From positions 23,764,871 to 23,828,870 of the forward strand of contig NC_092676.1 of the NCBI RefSeq assembly GCF_964355755.1: DNA of 64,000 bases, given 5' to 3'. Origin of the DNA: Antedon mediterranea (Eukaryota; Animalia; Echinodermata). Made by a program: the position numbers and the translations under genes. The notes beneath the pieces are model-generated. The model searched no databases, was not told where the DNA came from, and saw only the letters and a program-made list of their open reading frames with translations. This document shows, in pieces, positions 61,801-64,000 of this stretch. Within the stretch, counting starts at the first letter, position 1, and each line of letters begins with the position of its first letter.

Positions 61801-63129
61801 CAACTCATTTTTATGTTCTATTTTTAATATTTCTATTAAAACAAGTTTTTTTTCAAACCTCAGAAAACATATGATACACATGGTGAATATAAGAAACCCA
61901 TTGGATATTGTCAGCCCTACATACGATAGTACTTCCATTCCAACGGCAGCATCTTCGTCTGTATTTGAAGCATCCTGAAATGATCCAATTATTTATACAA
62001 TACATCCATTTTACAAAGTAGATACTTTTCGATTCCCGGTCTGATCAACAACCGTATAAATCAAGCACTGTGTTGGGTCTTGTATAAGGCTGTTGGTTTG
62101 CGCCAAGATTCATCAGTTGATACAAGCACTGTGTTGGGTCTTGTATAAGGCTGTTGGTTTGCGCCAAGATTCATCAGTTGATAAAAACATGACAAACCCA
62201 ACAACCGATCAGCACGATACAACATGTATCACTTATTTGGAATCGCTTAGTTGTAATCGGTATGGAGGAACAAACCTGGCAGACATGGCAGAATTCCGAC
62301 AAGCAAACAAAACAATCATGGTAAATGAAGAACGAAGTCATACCTCGGTAGTTTGCATAAGAATTGCAAACGTTGTCAGGTGGTTACATTGACATACTAT
62401 TGGTTTAGTCTGAAAATCTTCTGATATTGTTTCACAACCTTCTTTTGACCAAGTGCTTAAACAAACAAGCAATACTTTTACTACATTATTTGAAATTTGA
62501 ATTAACGATACTCCTAAACTCACTAATTAATATTGTTGTTTCTGATTTAGTGTGACGCACGACACTTACATAGGGCTAACGGCTTCATCAATAAACGTAC
62601 AGATTGGTTCCATATTTGTAAGTTCTGTTTCTTCACTTATCTAAACAAAAACAATATTGTTGATCAGCCACTGAGGATTTTAGTTGATGCGTCAAACCAA
62701 GACAATAACAGGACAATGATTTCGCCTCCCCAAGATAGGAACTTGGATAGGCCTTTGATGTTATGTCTGGCTGCGACAAGTACCAAAAGTACTGTACACG
62801 TTAAAGGGCGTGGAACTGATCGTGTCGCAGCCATAGATAAACTCTTTGATCTCCGGAGCATCATGTTATTAGATTGCCTTGGTCTAACTAATTAGGCCTG
62901 TTTTCTGTCATTGCACATAGTATTGTTTAATTTACAATGATATTCTGATATTAACATATATAATATTGAAAAAATTGATATACATAAATTGTTCGTAGGC
63001 CTATTTACCTTTAGTGTGGGAAAAACAAGTTTCACATTTGCATTTCTTGTATCATTCCGTTCATTAACATAAATTGTTACAGATACAAGATCACTCACAA
63101 CTTCAGAATTGGTAAGATCACTACTAAAT
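58849..63129 (-). CDS. Adhesion GPCR C, 3' part (GAIN/GPS-7TM); 5' exons lie beyond the window
   Basis: Exons 63009-63129, 62570-62640, 62344-62455 (WSKEGC..CQCNHL|TTFAILM), 61859-61974, 61607-61712, 60794-61011, 60596-60662, 60151-60248, 59387-59555, 58849-58917. All introns are GT-AG and in frame; it is a very close paralogue of gene B. Confidence 0.87.
59646..59784. mobile_element. Harbinger-like MITE (AGCTCT..CTACACTATCA family)
   Basis: AGCTCTCTCTACACTATCA ... TTTGATAGTGTAAACAGAGCT. Confidence 0.7.
62062..62183. repeat. 61-bp direct tandem duplication
   Basis: CAAGCACTGTGTTGGGTCTTGTATAAGGCTGTTGGTTTGCGCCAAGATTCATCAGTTGATA occurs twice. Confidence 0.9.
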
Positions 63130-63509
63130 CTGAAAACAAATAATTGTAAAATACGGATATCGATTGTCAAATGACTGATAACAGTGATATTGGTGCGCAC
63201 GCATGTAAATAGATTGTTTTTTAAGGTGTTCATTTTTTTAAATAAATGGAGATGTTAAAATGTAGTACCTCTTATTTTCTACCCCATGCTTGCGCTAAAT
63301 TGAATACAAAGTATAAAGTTACGTTTCGTCTGATGGGGTGGGGGAGGGGAATGTGTCTATTTTGAAAAAATTGGAAATAACGGTAGATGTTACTATGAAC
63401 TACTTCTTCTCTTTAACCAATGACTATTTGGAATTATGAATAATTGGGTTGATTTTTATGTCGCCCTATAGCCAACCTTATAGAAAATACGGGCGCCACA
63501 TGTAATTTT

Positions 63510-63755
63510 ATTTATTTAAAAAAATTTATTTAACAACATAATTATACAGGATTATACACAATCAAGTAGAAATATACTTGTTTTGCATTGTGGTCCTGTC
63601 GACAAAAACGGATACAAATTTAAGTACTTATACAATTACAATTAATAATAATAGCAACAAAAAATATAAACTGGAAGTTAAATGTTATGAAAAAAATCTG
63701 CTTTAAAGGACATAATCGTGGGTGAATGTTTTATGTTTTTATTGACAAATTTTAA
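63510..63755 (-). mobile_element. 3' fragment of a LINE related to family 1
   Basis: The reverse complement has GACAGGACCACAATGCAAAACAAG..GATTG..ATCCTGT (compare 26659-26711) and a degenerate NL..NIKHSPTIMSFKA ORF2 end. Confidence 0.65.
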
Positions 63756-63867
63756 TGACAAACCAAACAATTAATTTACATCTCATTTTCATTTTATACA
63801 AACATAATTATAATTAACAAGAAAATGTAGATTATGCATTTTATGTACCATAATAAAAACATACTAT

Positions 63868-64000
63868 GTGTATTGCAGAATCATCACTGTATTGCAGAAT
63901 CATCACTGTGTTGCAGAATCATCACTGTGTTGCAGAATCATCACTGTATTGCAGAATCACCACTGTATTGCAGAATCACCACTGTATTGCAGAATCACCA
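63868..64000. repeat. 19-bp tandem repeat (TATTGCAGAATCATCACTG)n running off the window end
   Basis: Direct inspection; at least 7 copies. Confidence 0.95.

Overview
AT-rich, intron-containing animal genomic DNA; an echinoderm or other marine deuterostome is my inference from the gene and repeat content. All host genes lie on the minus strand, in three blocks. (1) 79-9458: a complete 15-exon Caprin RNA-granule gene of about 728 aa, with one probable GC-AG intron. (2) 10.5-31 kb: a tandem array of six divergent rhodopsin-class (class A) GPCRs, five intact and one pseudogene. They are mosaics of each other, and two have a separate signal-peptide exon. (3) 35.2-63+ kb: a tandem array of three adhesion GPCRs with GAIN/GPS-7TM. 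Copy A is complete (SRCR-SRCR-GAIN/GPS-7TM), copy B has the same architecture but is pseudogenised, and copy C runs off the window before any SRCR exon. Transposons are dense and nested. One CR1/L2-group LINE (PHD-esterase-zinc-knuckle ORF1) is hit by a polyadenylated retro-insert. A second LINE family has two near-identical copies: the long copy encodes a hydrophobic leader plus a 2A-like peptide (GDISPNPGP) before its endonuclease, and the short copy is split by a Helitron. There are also Helentron-like elements, Harbinger-type MITEs, SINE and RTE relics, and minisatellites. I found no rRNA, true tRNA or CRISPR array. Exon coordinates were read by eye from splice signals and frame, with no expression data.
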